Shown one piece after another: positions 62,901 to 64,000 of a stretch of 64,000 nucleotides of DNA. The DNA is from Camelus ferus (lineage: Eukaryota), in NCBI RefSeq assembly GCF_009834535.1, contig NC_045696.1, forward strand, positions 33,606,001-33,670,000, given 5' to 3'. A program made the translations under genes and the position numbers. Under the pieces are notes generated by a model. That model ran no database searches. It saw only the letters and a list, made by a program, of their open reading frames with translations, and had not been told where the DNA came from. Within the stretch, counting starts at the first letter, position 1. Each line of letters opens with the position of its first letter.

Positions 62901-64000
62901 ATACTAGTACTAGGTAAGCACTTGCTATATTTTAACTATTACTTTGTTCTGATATCTTTCATATCAATATAATTTCAAATGGAAGATAAGGATATGCATA
63001 TAAGTATGTGTGTCTTTGTAAAAAATACATACCACAGTTTAAGAAGGTATAATGATGAATATCACAAGGAAATCTAAACAGGCTCTAGGTATTTCAACAC
63101 GAGATCATTTTAAATTGATATTTTCTGAAAAGGTTCCATGAATGAATAACATCCCTCCTAGTCACTGAATCAGATTTACACTTCTTTTATTAAAATAAAA
63201 TATATGGATAATTGATTTGATACACAAAGGTATACTTTCAATATACTAGAACTAGTACATATTTTTGAATCAATATGGATTTAATTCAATGTACATAAGC
63301 TTTATAATTTAATTCTCTATTATATTTGAGCCCTCCAGGTGTGTTTGAGAAGCAAAGTGCAATTGTTTTTAAAAGTCACCGGTTAAAAAGTATGCGAAAT
63401 ACTTTTTAGAAAACATTTCAATTGGTTGCTGCACAGATAATAACCTTCAGCATGTGGTCGTGAATTAAATGCAAAATAACATCAGGAGCCCTGCTTCAAG
63501 AAATAATTAGACCTTCTGCAGAGTCATTCAGTAAAATTACATTATTGTGTTCAACTGAGAGGAGCTGTGTAGAATTGTATTTGTAAAATATAATTGCAGG
63601 GACAGCTGGCCTGAAAAAGGAAGAATCTTAATAATATATGTTGCTGAGGTGGTTGGTTATTTACTGCCCATTATAAGAATGGTTGATAAGAAGAACAGTC
63701 ACTGTTACATGGGAAACAGAAATTAATTCAGGAAAATAATGATGTAGCTTCTCATGTAGTTTAACTGAATTTTAAAGCGAAATGTATTATGTGCCTTGGA
63801 AGCAACATGCCTGGAGGATTTGTGCTTCTTGCTCCCACTCCTGAAGCTTCAAATCATCTATGTGGTCTTTCCCAGTTGGCTTCTTTTATTTTCTTAACTT
63901 CCCTCTTGTAATGTAAACATGGGAAAGAGAAAGTGGTAGAAGAACAAAGGATAAGCATACAAAATAGCTCCACTCCCTCTGCATAAAGCTTTAATAGGGA

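Noticed and set aside
1..64000. CRISPR arrays, prokaryotic operons or defence systems, rRNA, numt, retroviral gag/pol/env
   Set aside because: No regular repeat-spacer array, long ORFs or recognisable homology. The sequence is typical repeat-rich mammalian DNA.

Overview
AT-rich mammalian genomic DNA, most likely camelid (alpaca/llama/camel), judged from two tRNA-Ala-derived SINEs resembling the camelid Vic-1 family. It reads as a long intron or gene-poor interval. I found no intact, recognisable protein-coding gene. The only ORF-track peptides I recognise are LINE-1 ORF1/ORF2 fragments. The main feature is a minus-strand L1 (28009-33696) that keeps both ends and a target-site duplication (TSD) but lacks about 1.3 kb inside ORF2. 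The rest is a mosaic of truncated L1s, L2, MIR, MaLR/ERVL/ERV1 solo LTRs, hAT (MER) fossils and microsatellites. Most notable observations: (1) an apparent L1-mediated 3' transduction at 35896-36230, whose poly(A) junction forms a recursive-splice-like (Y)n-AG|GTGAGT motif on the + strand; (2) a small non-repeat CpG-rich segment with a candidate minus-strand non-coding exon (34080-34560); (3) a perfect estrogen response element beside a TATA motif (44624-44650); (4) a perfect 40-bp palindrome; (5) a dense TGACA motif cluster; (6) several unverified short exon candidates. I see no convincing new biological system. Repeat family names come from recalled consensus sequences, and old-repeat boundaries are approximate.
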